A stretch of 64,000 nucleotides of DNA from the human T2T-CHM13v2.0 reference genome, Homo sapiens, in contig CP086569.2 in NCBI GenBank assembly GCA_009914755.4, forward strand, positions 14,304,001 through 14,368,000, written 5' to 3'. The first letter of the stretch is position 1; every line of letters starts with the position of its first letter. This document shows positions 40,627-54,776 of the stretch, piece by piece. Below the pieces are notes generated by a model that worked only from the letters and a program-made list of their open reading frames with translations, had not been told where the DNA came from and searched no databases. A program made the position numbers and the translations under genes.

Positions 40627-42700
40627 ATGCTGGATATAAAATTTCAGAAAAAAAAAAAAAAGGTTTGCATCTGTTGTCCTAAAGTTAAATATTTAGGTTT
40701 TATAATAAGCAAAGGACAAAAGAAGCTTGGTAGTGAGCGGAAAGAGGCCATGTGTACACTCCCTACAGGTACCACAGGGCGCCAAATCAGAATTCTTAGG
40801 TGCAGCAGGGTTCTGCCGCATTTGGATCCCAAGTTTCTCACTTTTAGCTGAGGCTCTATATAAAGCTACAAAGGGGGTTAAGAAAGAGTCCCTCTTCTGG
40901 GAGACGGATCAAGCAAAAGCATTAAAAAAAATCAAAAAGGCCTTAACATAGGCTCCCAGATCAGACTAAACCTTTCTTCTTCTACGTGGATGAAAGAACA
41001 GGGACAGTAGTAGGAATTTTAACACAAATGCTAGGATCATGGCATAGACCTGTGGCCTATTTATCTAAACAACTAGACACAGTGGCATTAGGCTGGACAC
41101 ACTGCTTTAAAGCAGTTAACGGCAACTACCTTGCTGGCCCAGGAGGCTGGCAAATTAACACTAGGACAGAAGTTAACTTTCAGGTGCCACACACCGTAAT
41201 AACCCTGTTAGACCAGAGGGGGAATCACTGGTTGTCTATCCAAGAATTGCTAAATATCAAAGACTGTTACTTGAAAATCCTAATATAACTGTAGAAATAG
41301 GGAATACCCTAAATCCAGCTACCTTGCTGCCTACAGAAGAATCAAAAGAATTCCCATCACATTGTTGTAAGGATGTAGTAGATAAAGTGTTTTCAAGCAG
41401 GAAAGACTTAAAAGATCAGCCTTTTGAAAACTCAGACCTAGACTATTTAACAGATGTAGCAGCTTCATTTCAGACGGAGTTTACAGAGCCAGGTATGCAG
41501 TAGTGATAAATGATTTTAAGTCAGGTGAGGGAACAGTAGTAGAAGCACAGTCACTGCCAACTAGATCCTCTGCTCAAAAGGCTGAGCTGATTGCTTTAAC
41601 AAGAGCCTTATTACCAGCAAAAGGGAGGATAGTTAATATCTATATTGATTCTAAATATGCTTTTGCTACCCTCTATGCTCATGGAGACATCTATAAAGAC
41701 AGAAGACTTCTAACAGCTGCAGGAAAAGAAGTCAAAAATAAAAAGGAGATCCCGCAACTCTTAGATGCTGTTTGGGCACCTAAAAAGGTGGCCATTATAC
41801 ATTGCAAAGGTCATCAAACAGATGGGTCCTATAAATCCATAGGAAATAGGCAGACAGACAAGCAAGGCAGGCAGCTATGGCAACCGCACCACAGGAAGAA
41901 GCTTTAATGTAAGTTACCTCTTTTCCCAAAACCATTACCTTTAGAATACAACTAGGCTCAACCCCATGAGAACCCGATGGTAGATTTTACTTAGTTACCC
42001 CATGTAAGAGGACTAAAGTATTTATTGGTCTTTGTATGCACCTATCCTGGGTGAGTAGCTTTCCCCACCCAATCTGAAAAGGCCCAAGAAGTAACGTGGG
42101 CATTACTAGCACATATTATCCCCAGGTTTGGGGTGCCTTTGACTATCGGGTCAGATAATGACCCAACATTTGTCGCTGAAGTTGTTCAAAACTTATCCCA
42201 ATTATTAAAACAAGATGGAAGCTGCACACTGCGCACCATCCCCAGAGTTCAGGACAAGTTGAAAGGATGAACCGGACAATAAAGCAACTGTTTAAAAAGT
42301 TCTGTCAAGAAACCCACCTAAAGTGGGATCTGGCTCTGTCCATGGTTCTCCTTTGAATCACATGCACCCCAAACAAGCAAACTGGATACTCACCCTATGA
42401 AATTCTGTTTGGAAGGCCTCCCCATCTTATTTTCCAAATTAAAGGAGATCTCAAAGAAGTACGGGAACTAACACTGAGAAAGCAAATGCAAGCTTTAGGT
42501 ACAGCCGTGAGAGAAGTTGCAAAGCTGGGTGCAAGAAGACTGCCAGTAGGCCTAACTAGCCCAGTTCACCCATACCAACAAACCCAGGGACTCTGGCTGG
42601 GTCAAAAACTGGTACCTATCCACATTAAGGCACATATGGAATGAGCCCTTTGTAGTAATCTTATCTACCCCCACTGCTGTTAAGGTTGCTGAAGTGCTTC
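40627..42700 (+). pseudogene. HERV pol remnants (RT C-terminal part, RNase H, integrase), with multiple frameshifts and stops.
   Basis: ..KYLGFIISKGQKKLGSERKEAMCTLPTGTTGRQIR.. (RT YLGY region). ..WHRPVAYLSKQLDTVALGW.. (RT connection). RNase H at 41503-41907. Integrase-like at ~42300-42450. Confidence 0.8.
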
Positions 42701-43299
42701 CCTGGATCCATCATAGTGGGTTAGCCAGCTGCTGCCTAGGATGTGTGGACCAGCCAGCCAGACCCCGACCAACCCACCAAGCTAACTCTAAGATGAGGTG
42801 CCAACAGAGACCAAACCCAGACCAGCCGACCTCAGACCCAACTGTTAATGAAAAATCGCCAAGCCCTGCTGTAGTCACACAATAAGAAGCTGACTACTCT
42901 ACACATGACCAAAGCTTGAGGAGTGTTCAATAGATAAGTGGATATGGATAAGTAAGATATGGACTGATATTTCATAAGTAGATAAGTAAATAAGTAGATA
43001 AGTAAAGTAGTAAATAAGTAGATGAGTAAAGTAGATATGGACTGATATTTTAATACCTATTGCTCTTCTAGTAATATTTGCTGTACTATTGTTATACTGC
43101 CATTGTTGCCAACCCTTGCTTTCAGGAAGAAACATACCCTGCCTGTGCCTAGTGTGAAGATGTTACTCTCTGTTTTGCTTATATTAACTAATATGTCAAA
43201 CTTACAAAGGGGGCGGAAATACAATTGAGTTTTCTCTGTGCACCCACACTACTTGGGCAAGGAACACACAGGTTAAAACCTTTATATATCAAACCCTTT

Positions 43300-45180
43300 A
43301 TAAGCAAACAGGAGCTTCTCTAGGAATTTGTGTACATAACCAGACTACTTATTCAATGTGTGATCTTGGTGATAATCAGCCCTGTGTCTGCTATGACCCC
43401 AAACTTCTACCTGGAACTTGGTTCGACATTAGTGAAAGGTCTGAAAAAGGAACTCTTTAAAATTCAACCTGGATACCCTCCACCAATAAACACTGTGTGT
43501 ATCTGTATTTAGATGCCTGCCAGATTACAAGAACACTCCTTAAAACTGGCTGCTACATTCCTGACTCCAAAAGAAAGTTGACTGTAACCAGTCATATCCC
43601 ATACTGGATTAGTGATACTCCACAGTCTCAAGACATACATTTCTCCAGAAACCTCTCCATAGATTGGTATAACTATGACAATTGTGTAAGAGGAAATTCC
43701 TGTAGCCTCACTGAATTTCTTATTTCAAATCAGATTCACCTAATTGGGCAATAGGCACTGAAGTCCCAGAGGGATACAGTGATGAAGCCACAGAATAGGA
43801 GGCAGATCCTAAGCTAAAGAGATGAGGCATTAAATATTCCAGGGTGCAGGCTACCGACAGCACCATATATTTTTATATTATACCATTATATATTTTATAT
43901 TATTTTATTTTATATTATCAAAAAGACTCAAGCTCACAAACCTCAGCAATGATTTAAAATTTTCAAGTCATTCAGTGAAGAAATTAACCAAGTAGTTTCT
44001 GAGCCATCGTTTACCACTAAAAATCTGTCTGTGCAATTAGCTAAGAATATAGCAGGAAATCTAGGAGTTACCTCATGGTAACTGACATGGAGGATAGATG
44101 GCATTGGGAGGCAAAAGAATTGCTTCCCCAGGACAACTACACTTTAATTTTCTCTGCCACAAATGCTCCAGAATTAATCCCTACTGGCTCTAGCACTTGG
44201 CTTTTAAAGGCTTCTATTACAGGAAGACACTGCATACCTCGTTGGGGGACTACCTATACACACCCAGCAGGCAAATTAGCTTGTTTAGGGCAACAATACT
44301 ACAATGAAACTACAGGAAAAACTCCATGGCAAAGAGAAAATAAAAAGGGTAAAAACAGTTCAAGGCCATCTCATTTCATTCCATTTTCTAGGTTCCCTTC
44401 TTTAAATCACTCTTGGTATCAACTAGAAACACCAAACACATGGTAAGTGCCTGTAGGCCTCTACTGGATCTGTGGTCAGCAAGCCTACAGGCGGTTGCCA
44501 GAAAAACGGACAGGAGCTTGTGTATTAGGTGTTACTAAAACATCGTTCTTCCTGTTACCTTTAAAGCAAGGAGAAACTTTAGGGTATCCTATTTATGATG
44601 AGCCTAGAAGTAAAAACAAAGGAGCAGTAAAAGATATAGAAATAGGGGATTGGAAAGATACAGATTGCAGAGAGAATAATGAATTATTATGGCCCAGCCA
44701 CCTGGGTGCAAGATAGATCATGGGGATACTGTACTCCCATCTACATGATTAATCACATCATTAGGTTACAAGCAGTATTAAAAATTATAACTAAAGAAAC
44801 AACTAAAGCTTTAGATTTATTAGATGTACTATCTACACAGAATGAGAAATGCGGTTTATCAAAACAGACTGGCATTAGATTATCTGCTGGATTCAAAAGG
44901 GGTCTGTAGTAAATTTAACCTGATTAACTGTTATTTAGAAATTGATGACAACAGGTAGGCAGTTATGAAATCACTGCCAAACTGAGAAAGTTAGCTCTCG
45001 TTCCAGTACAAACCTGGAAAGGTTGGACCCCAGACTCTCTTGGTGGATGGTTTTCATCTTCTGGAGGATTCAAGACTCTCCTTGTAAGTGTAATACTTCC
45101 ATTAGGCAGCTGTCTAATACTCCCTTGTTTATTGCCTCTCCTGTTTAGGAAGATACAGTCCACTACACCACCCCCCAAAT
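43300..45180 (+). pseudogene. HERV env remnants (SU and TM), disrupted.
   Basis: ORFs at 44075-44909 include Cys-rich SU-like sequence (..[36 protein letters not shown]..). A TM-like hydrophobic anchor (..GWFSSSGGFKTLLVSVILPLGSCLILPCLLPLLFRKIQ) lies at ~45050-45170. Confidence 0.65.
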
Positions 45181-45800
45181 AATGGCACTAAGTATCAGCC
45201 ATTACCCAAAGAAATCTCATCTCATGAGAAGGTAGAGAATTATGAAACTAACATAGGTTTTCTCCAAAGTAGTTTCCTTTCCCATGCCTCACCCTCTTTA
45301 CGTTCTACACGGATTATAAAACACACATGTATAGGTATGGGATAGAAGAGCTAGGCTTTAAACATCATTTATAAAAATAACTTGCTGAAGTTTAATCTGA
45401 CTTCTACTTAGGCACAGGCAAATGATGCCACAGAAAATACTAAGTTCAGCTCCTGGCTGACTTACTCGTGCTTCTCTCTAGAGAAGACACCAAAAATCAT
45501 GCCCCCCAGGTAGGTGGCTGGTTAGTCAATGATGGGGAAGATTCCCTGAAAGATAGGAACAATCTAAGAAGACAGGCACAGCCACAGGGAGGACAGCAAA
45601 GGCTGAGAAAAATTAAGCCAGAGAGCCAGTGTGCTCCCACAAAGAAGAAAAGTGACGCTAAGAGCAGATACACCGGCAAAGTAACTCCCCATGCAAACAG
45701 ATGAATTGCCTTTTGACAGGCCTTTGACTCTGTCCTACCATCCTAGCTGCATGTGCATCATCAGGAACAGGTAAAAGCTTTCTAATAATAGTTTCTTTTA

Positions 45801-45824
45801 AAAGAAAGCTTTTAAGGGGGGGAA
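45801..45824 (+). promoter_or_regulatory. Polypurine tract (aaagaaagcttttaagggggggaa) immediately 5' of the 3' LTR.
   Basis: A purine run directly abuts the TGTGG start of the 3' LTR. Confidence 0.75.
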
Positions 45825-46326
45825 TGTGGAAAGAAAATAAAATAAAATAAACAATAAAGTTGAAAATAATAAACATAACGTAGGTAATAGTTAACATTAA
45901 GTACAGGTTACACATAGGCTAAGAAATTTAAGTAGCCCTTCCCGGCATTGCTAACAAGTTGCAGCTGCGGGCTTATCTCAACCTTCCAAGCTTATCGCCT
46001 GCCTCCAGACCCCCGCATATTTCTGTCATTCCTGTTTTCCCTTACCCCAGCTCTGTCCAGCTTCGAGGTTGACTGGTCAAGATAACTAAATTGTAAGCTT
46101 TCTCAGAATTGTCACAGGTTAAATAATTTACTGTCTTTGTCTGAAATGGGTATCCTGCCTTGTTTTCCCACCTCAAATGACATATAAGCAAGCCTGCATT
46201 CTTTGTCAGGGTTGGCAGCCATTTTGGGTGTGAGCCTGCTGTTGGCCCGGGTGCCCAAATTAAATAAAGTTCTCTTTGGTCTCCAAAGGTCTCTTTGTCT
46301 TTCTTGGCTGGAGTTTTACTGTGACA
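45825..46326 (+). repeat. HERV 3' LTR.
   Basis: ~93% identical to 37870-38377. It contains AATAAA at ~46263 and ends ...ttttactgtgaCA. Confidence 0.9.
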
Positions 46327-47215
<889 letters not shown>

Positions 47216-47582
47216 AAGTTTGAAGCTGAGGAAGGTGAATGGATGATGAGAAATGAGTTAATGGGTGAAATGTACATTATTTGGGTGATGGATAACATGT
47301 TAAATGCCCTAACTTGAATGCTGTGCAATCTATGCATGCAACAAAATTGCAAATGAACCCCATAAATTTGTACAAATAAAAAAAAGCATTAGTACTAATC
47401 CTTCACAAACTCTTTCCAAAAATTAGTCCACTTTCACTAAGGGACAGAACAATTAGGCAAAAGAGTAATGAAGGATACATTAAGACAACATTTTGAACCA
47501 ACTATACTTAACAAAAATCTATGTCACTTCACCAACAATAGCAGGATATACATTCTTCTCAAGCACACAAAAACAGCTCTTG

Positions 47583-47885
47583 GACCAGGAGCGGTGGCTC
47601 ACACCTGTAATCCCAGCACTTTGGGAGGCCAAGGCATGCAGATTACGAGGTCAGGAGATCAAGACAATCTTGGCCAACAGGGTACAACCCTGTCTCTACT
47701 AAAATACAAACAATTAGCTGGATGTGGTGGTGCACACCTGTATTCCCAGCTACTTGGAAGGCTGAGGCTGGAGAAGCCCTTGAACTCAGGAGGCAGAGAC
47801 TGCAGTGAGCCAAGATCCACCTCTGCTTTCCAGCCTGGCAACAGAGCAAGACTCTGCCTCAAAAAAAAAAAAAAAAAAGAAAAAA
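47583..47885 (+). mobile_element. Alu, full length with long A-tail. An (AT)n microsatellite follows at 47952-47996.
   Basis: ggaccaggagcggtggctcacacctgtaatcccagcactttgggaggccaaggcatgcagattacgaggtcagg...ccagcctggcaacagagcaagactctgcctcaaaaaaaaaaaaaaaaaa. Confidence 0.95.
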
Positions 47886-47947
47886 ACCAGCTTTTGAACA
47901 GTCCCTATGATAAGCCATAAAACAAGGCTTAACAGTAAAGTTTTTAA

Positions 47948-47990
<43 letters not shown>

Positions 47991-48339
47991 TAAAAAGTAT
48001 CTCTTGTGACCATGACAGAATATACTAAGTAATAAAACATGGAAAATTCACAAATTGTGGAAATTAAACACACATTTGTGAATTTGTGTGTCTCAATTTC
48101 CAGTGAGTCAAACAAATCAGTAAATACGTCATAAGAATTAAAGCTAAAATACATCTTCACAAAACTCATAGAAAGCAGCTACAACAATGCTCAGAGGGCA
48201 AATTACAGGTATAAATTCCATTGCTAAAAAGAAATAAATCCTACGAGTAAACTACTCTAAAAAAAAAAACAGCAAACTAAATGCAAAGCATGTTAAAAAA
48301 AAAACATAGATGAGTAAAAATTTAATAAAGTATATTATC

Positions 48340-49045
48340 ATCTGCAAACACAGATAGTTTGACTTCCTCTCTTCCTATTAGGATGCTCTTTATGTCCTTC
48401 TCTCCCCTGACTGGTCTGGCTAGAACTTCCAGTACTGTGTTATCAGTGGTGGTAACAGCAGGGCATCCTTCTTCTGGTTTTTTTCAAGGGAAATGGTTTT
48501 AGCTTTTGCCCATTTGATGTGATGCTGGCTACGAGTTTATCACAATGGCTGTTACTATTTTGAGGTAGATTCTGTCAATGACTCATTTGTTAAGGGTTTT
48601 TAACATGAAGGAATTTTGAATCTTATCAAAAATCATTTCTGTTATCTATTAGAAAGGAATTGTGGTATAAATATACACCATGGTATATACTATGCAGCCA
48701 TAAAAAGGAATGAGATTATGTCCTCTGCAGAAACATGGATGGAGCAGGAGGCCATTATTCTAAGTGAACTAATGCAGCAACAGAAAACCAAATACATATT
48801 ACTAACTTGTAAGTGGGAGCTAAACATTGAGTACATATGGCCACAAAGAAAAAAACAACAGACACCTGAGCCTACTTGAGGGTGGATGGTGGGAGAAGGA
48901 TCAAAAAACTACCTATCAGGTACTATGCATATTACTTGGGTGACAAAATAATCTCTACACCAAACCCCTATGACACTCAGCTTACCTATATAACAAACCT
49001 GCACATGTACCTGAGCCTGAAAGTTAAAAAATAAAAAAAACCCTA
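48340..49045. mobile_element. Two L1 fragments: an ORF2 piece in minus orientation (48340-48640) and an L1 3' end in plus orientation (48640-49045).
   Basis: The antisense L1 block reads ..gatgctctttatgtccttctctcccctgactggtctggctagaacttccagtactgtgttatcag... The plus block gives ..MEQEAIILSELMQQQKTKY.. plus a 3' UTR ending aaaaaataaaaaaaa. Confidence 0.75.
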
Positions 49046-49157
49046 GAAATTAGTGTAAATTTGTTATTTCAACTGTAACAAAAGTACAATACTTATACAC
49101 TGACAACTAAAAAACATTTGATACAAATGTTAAAAGTTCCAAATAAATAACAAGAGG

Positions 49158-49256
49158 GCTGGGTATAGTGGCTCACTCCTATAACCTAGTTTGGAAGGTC
49201 AAGGAGGGTGGATTGCTTGAGCCCAGAAGTTCAAGAACAGCCTGGGTAACAGTGTG

Positions 49257-49262
<6 letters not shown>
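49158..49262 (+). mobile_element. Alu left-monomer/FLAM fragment whose tail has expanded into a tetranucleotide STR.
   Basis: gggctgggtatagtggctcactcctataacctagtttggaaggtcaaggagggtggattgcttgagcccagaagttcaagaacagcctgggtaacagtgtgagat. Confidence 0.8.

Positions 49263-49330
<68 letters not shown>
49257..49330. repeat. Compound tetranucleotide microsatellite (AGAT)12(AGAC)6.
   Basis: agatagatagat... x12 followed by agacagac... x6. Confidence 0.95.
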
Positions 49331-49659
49331 GATGTCATTTGTTTATATCATTTAATTATAAGTGTTCATGGGCTGTACCATATAATACTGTTAAGATGAC
49401 ACTACTCTTAAATTTGAACTGCATATCATAATCCCTGGTGGCTTTTGGCGCAAACACAAAACTGATCCTGTGGAAAATACAAGGTACCTAGAGGAGCCAA
49501 AATAACTTTGCAAAAAAGGAACCAAGGTGAAAAAAATCATACTAACCAGTCTCAAAACTTACTACAAAGTTACACTAATTAAAATATGGTAGCACTACAA
49601 CGACAGACATATATCTAAACTAGAACTTGAGTCCAGAAAAAACTAAAAAAAAATTTTTT

Positions 49660-49960
49660 TTTTAAATTATTGCACTTTAAGTTCTGGGATACATGTGCAG
49701 AAGGTGCAGGTCTCTTACACAGGTATACATGTGCCATGGTGGATTGCTGCACCCATCAACCCATCATCTACATTAGGTATTTCTCCTAATGGTATCCTTC
49801 ACCTACCCAACCCCTGCCAATTCCCTGACAGACCCCAGTATGTGATGTTCCCCTCCCTGTGTCCATTTGTTCTCGTTGTTCAACTACCATTTATGAGTGA
49901 GAACATGTGGTGTTTGGTTTTCTCTTCTTGTGTTAGCTTGCCGAGAATGATGAAAACCTT
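49660..49960 (-). mobile_element. L1PA 3' end fragment (~300 bp), minus orientation. A T-rich tail lies at 49650-49670.
   Basis: tttaagttctgggatacatgtgcagaaggtgcaggtctcttacacaggtatacatgtgccatggtggattgctgcacccatcaacccatcatctacattaggtatttctcctaatg... is the reverse complement of the L1 3' UTR. ORF 49695-50009 is its antisense reading. Confidence 0.9.
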
Positions 49961-50619
49961 TAACATTTATGGTAAGTCTGAGGAACTGTCAGAGCCAAAA
50001 GGAGCCTAAAAGAAAGACATGAGAAGTAATAATGCTATATTCAGGATGGGATCCAAAACAAAAAAAAATTAGGTAAAAACTCCAGAAATCTGAATAAAGA
50101 ATGAACTTTACTTAATGCTAATTCATCAATATTGCATAATAAACTTTAACAACACATGTACCAGATTAATATAAGATGTTATCAATAGGGGATTATGTAT
50201 AGACACACTGTGGTATCTTTGAAATAATCTTGCAAAGCTAGAACTGTCAATAAAAAATAAAGTTTACTTTGAAAAAATGAAGATAATGATTAAAAGTGAT
50301 GAAAAACATCGACTAATATGTCTTAAAAAGCTTGGTTAAATTCTGAGCAGAAAAAGTACAAGGAGATCAGAAAATGGTGGAATAGAAAGTCCTCTGTTCA
50401 CATACCCCATAGCAGCAATAACTTGGCAATGATTCACAAGCGAAAGTGGCTTTGTGGGAGCTTTGAATTACAGGTAGAAGACAGCAAAACTCTGAGACTA
50501 AGAACTGTTTTGCAAAAGCAGGCCCGTGCCCAGGTGGCAGTTTTGCCAACAAGGTCCCCAGCTATAGTCCTATCACCCTGTAGCCTCAGTCATAACAACA
50601 CTGAATAGCAACGATCCAG

Positions 50620-51140
50620 ACACTATACCAAGGGACACAGATGCCACACCATGCCTTGGGTAATGTACTGTAGTTTTATTTTCTTTTATTATATACCTAC
50701 AAGTGGAATTGTTTGACAAGATAGTAACTTTGTGAAAAGCTGCTAGGTTGTTTTCTAGAGTGGTTGCATCATTTTACATTCCCATGTCAACATTTAAAGA
50801 TCTGTTTCTCTATATCCTAGCCAACACTTGCTGTCTTTTAAAAAATTTTTATAATCCTAGAAAATATGAAGTGGTCTGCAGTTTCGATTCTCATTGTATT
50901 CATGACTAATGTTTGAACAGCTTTTTGTTTATTGGCCATTTGTAAATGTTTATTTTTGAACAAATGTCTATTCTGATTATTTTTCTTCTGTTATTTCTTG
51001 AGTTGCAAGAGTTTTAAAATATATATGTCTGGTTATTTGATCCTTACATGATTTGCAGATGTTTTCTTATTCTTTTGAGTTGTCTTTTCAGTTTTGATAG
51101 CATTCTTTGAAGCACCATAGATTTAAGTTTTGATGGATTC
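50620..51140 (-). mobile_element. L1 ORF2 internal fragment, minus orientation.
   Basis: Typical L1 antisense text (..gtggttgcatcattttacattcccatgtcaacatttaaagatctg...ggccatttgtaaatgtttatttttgaacaaatgtctattc..). Confidence 0.8.
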
Positions 51141-51705
51141 CATCAAAATTCGTCCAGAATACACAAATATATAGAAACAGAAATGAAATTAATGACTGCT
51201 TAGTGCCACGTTAATGGAGGGAAACAGAAGGGTACAGTGTTTTATTTTAATATCATGAAAATGTTTCAAAATTAATTGTGATGGTTGGACAACTCTATGA
51301 ATACATTAACAATTACTGAATTGTACACTTTAAATGAGTGAATTCTAAGCTATATATGTATTATACGTCCATAATGTTTTACCAAAAAATAATAAATCAA
51401 AATAAATGCTTATCAATATATGTTTTGGAACTAAGTAGATTTCATTTTTAATTACATTTCTTTCCCACTCAAGTAATTCATGAAAGCCAGAAATAATTTT
51501 ATTTATATTAGGAATCAACACATGGCCTTTCAAAGTCTGTGACTAAAACAGGACTTTCCCTTTATCCACATTGTACTATCTATGGCTAATCCTCATAGCA
51601 GTTACAACTAACAGTAGTATCATACATCCTATGACAAGATAAATGTATTTTGAGTATGATCTGCCATAAAGGAAATAAAAACTGGCATTGAAAATTTGTA
51701 CCAAC

Positions 51706-51755
51706 CTTCCAGTAGTCAGCCTGTAAACTGTAATATCTCTGATATGCAGATAATG
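51706..51755 (-). CDS. UTY: Coding exon of KDM6A/UTY-family lysine demethylase (TPR region): (G)CA..AAG encodes ALSAYQRYYSLQADYWK. Phase-1 start, 50 nt.
   Basis: Minus strand reads ttttttcttttccag|CATTATCTGCATATCAGAGATATTACAGTTTACAGGCTGACTACTGGAAG|gttggtac. Acceptor AG is at 51757-51756 after a polypyrimidine tract, and donor GT is at 51705-51704. The peptide matches the KDM6A/UTY N-terminal TPR segment. Ala in place of Ser in 'SLQADYWK' matches UTY rather than KDM6A, from memory of the two protein sequences. Confidence 0.8.
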
Positions 51756-53231
51756 CTGGAAAAGAAAAAATAATTATTAGCCAAATCATATCCCATTTAA
51801 AAATCCACTGTAAGACATTAAATTGATATTTTAATATAAGCTGCCAAACATGCCCATCTGTTAACAAACAATAAAAATGAAATAACCTAAATTTTATGGC
51901 TTACTAATTTAATCAGGTATATAAAACCATGATCGAATCTCACCCATGTACTCAAACCAACATAGTATCTTAGCAATTACTTGAATCAATTTGACCTCCT
52001 TCAGGGACCAAAAGTAATGGCAATCTTCTAGAGGTATTCCCTACTATGATAAAGTTTTCTAATTTTTCTTAACATGCAATTCACTTTCTAGAAAGATAAA
52101 AATTCAGTCACCTAAGGCACAAAATAACTTTGTGATGCTTCCCTTTGCACAATCAGTAGACTACTATTATCTATAGTTTAATTCCAAGTTAGGATGCCTT
52201 ATGCCCTAAAACCTATCTAAAAGCAAAAAGAGTACTCAAATCATATAAAGTAGTTGTTCCTGACAGCCTAAAAAAAGGCACATAAAATAAAACCACAAAA
52301 TAAAAACATAAAAAAGAAGTCGTATAAGCACATTAGAATTAGTGGAAACATTAATAATGACAAAACTAGGAAAACTCATCACTTTATCCAATCAACTCAG
52401 AATCTCTGAAAAACAGCTAAGCAATGATTATATTCCTGGGGATAGGCTTTCAGGATAAATTATAGCACTGAATATCACCCAAAGTCAAAAATAAATTGAA
52501 AAAAATGAAAAAAAATTAACTGAAAATAGCAGAATGCCAAAAGTGGCAGATTGAACATATTGTTATATGCGGAGGATTCTGTCTTGAACAATCATTTTTA
52601 GAAATTTCAGAGATTTTTACAATAAAAATGTAAACGTTAGCTGAAATGCTTCCACTGAATTTAGCTACAAAAAGTTAAGGTGTGGGGGTAAGCCTATTGA
52701 GGAAATCTTGCTTTTTTCAAACAATCATAAAAATGACAAGACAGAATTTTAAAAGAACCAAATTTAATGCTCAACAGACAGTAGCATATATAAGAATCAT
52801 CTCACGATATAGGCTACATTTCTATAACTAAAATATTTACTTTCAAAACGAAAAAGTGTAAAGGAGTGACATCCAAAAAAGTAGCCTGAAAAGATCCATA
52901 GACACTTTCTCAAGAAAAGCAGACTTAAAGTCTCTCTATAGCTGTCTTAAGGGTACTATTCAAATGGAGAAAATTTTACTAAGAAAATAAACTAAGTTCT
53001 CAGCAAAAAACAGTGAAAATCTATCGTATTGTAGCCTGAACTAATTCTTTCTGACACCATTCCTACTGTACCCCAGCTCAGTAAGATAGGACCACTAGAC
53101 CCACCAAAATGAAGTGTTCTTTCTTGCACAAGCTCCTGTTTTAGGGCTAGGCTAACACCTCAACAGATGTAGGCTACCAACATTTCCCCTACTCAGCTCA
53201 GTATTGCAGAAACTATATTAAAAACAAGCAT

Positions 53232-53592
<361 letters not shown>

Positions 53593-54776
53593 CTAATCCA
53601 GTTGCAACAGACCACGAAAGTACTGATGCCCAACAGCCCTTGACCCAAATAACTCTGGGTAGACTCCATGTAAGAGAGGCAAGCAGACTAAAGACTATAG
53701 CTCCTGCCCAGTACCTGCTCCTAAAACACAGGGATCATTTCAAGAATAGTGGCCATTATCTCAGGCTCCAGCCCTTGAAGAGCAAAGGTTCAACTCTAGT
53801 GGAAAAAATAGTCTTAAGATCATGGAATGCAGTAATTGCTCTTCTAGTGTGAATTTATACAGAAAGCATTTGGGGTTGTTCAAACCCATAGAAAACATGT
53901 AGATTTTTACAGTTAAGTGTCTAGTAGCTCCAAAATAGCAAGTATCTAAACTGCAGACTGGCTAGAAGTTTTACAGAGAGAAACGGAGAGAAAGAATCTC
54001 CTGGGTTAGTAAAGTCCTGGAAGATAGACCTCAAAAAGCGTTGCGCAAATGAGTAATGCAGGATACCCTTCAGCATAAACACTACAAGTAACAACTGTCA
54101 GAAAAAAAAAGAACGGAAAAAGGAACAGAAAGCCTGAGGAATACCATAGTGGTAAATTCCCACCAATTTACAGGTTATGTTTTTCCCTTTCATCCTACAT
54201 TTGAAACTGAAGAAGCCACCATTCCAGAAGCATCAAAAAGAATGAAGGAGGGCAGGGTGGTACTAATCTCCCTAATCAAAGGAAAATGGCAATCCAGCAG
54301 GACAGAAAACTTAGAACGGGATCTGTGTACTGTAAACAGTACAGAAAAAAGTTCCCTCAAACCACCTACTCTACACAAAGGCCAAGTAGAAAGCACAGAC
54401 ATCTATCATATATCAGGCTACCTATTGCATTAATGTGAGAGGAAGCCAAGTAGGGAGCAAGAAAAGAATTTATCTGATGGCTGGTAGTGAGGCTTACATG
54501 TCCTCTGATGAAGGTAGCCTAGATTTCACACTCACGTGGCAGAAACAAGCTGTCTGCACGTTAGTGGAGTGAGAGCACCCCAGTGGAAGTCAGGATTTTA
54601 ACCACTGGCCAGTAATAAGGAAGACTGGAATAATAATGGAAACCATGTGGGAAGCCAAAATTCTCATTTCAGTTCAACATTAGCAAAAAGCCTAACTCAG
54701 TAATCTGAACTTTAACATTCACCTAGCAGTAAGAGACAGCAATACCGTTTACTGTAGATTAACGTAAGATCCACCA

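Larger units (their letters stand above)
37870..46326 (+). mobile_element. Full-length class I (gammaretrovirus-like, ERV1) HERV provirus: 5'LTR-PBS-gag-pol-env-PPT-3'LTR. All ORFs are disrupted. Antisense to the host gene.
   Basis: Two ~505 bp direct repeats (37870-38377 and 45825-46326) both run tgtgg...gaca. Pol shows MLV-like motifs (HRPVAYLSKQLDTVALGW; IYIDSKYAFATLYAHGDIYKDRRLLTAAGKEVKNKKEI; KKVAIIHCKGHQ; integrase-like ..GYSPYEILFGRPPHL..). Env transmembrane-like C-terminus at ~44680-45180. Confidence 0.9.

Noticed and set aside
39401-41907. Several 100-137-aa ORFs with retroviral similarity (gag-like at 39401-39814, RNase H-like at 41503-41907, RT-like at 40986-41288).
   Set aside because: They are fragments of a decayed provirus separated by stops and frameshifts. 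They are annotated as HERV pseudogenes, not functional genes.
47468-47920. 150-aa ORF on the plus strand.
   Set aside because: It runs from L1-derived sequence through a full Alu including the A-tail (translated KKKKKK). It is a repeat artefact.
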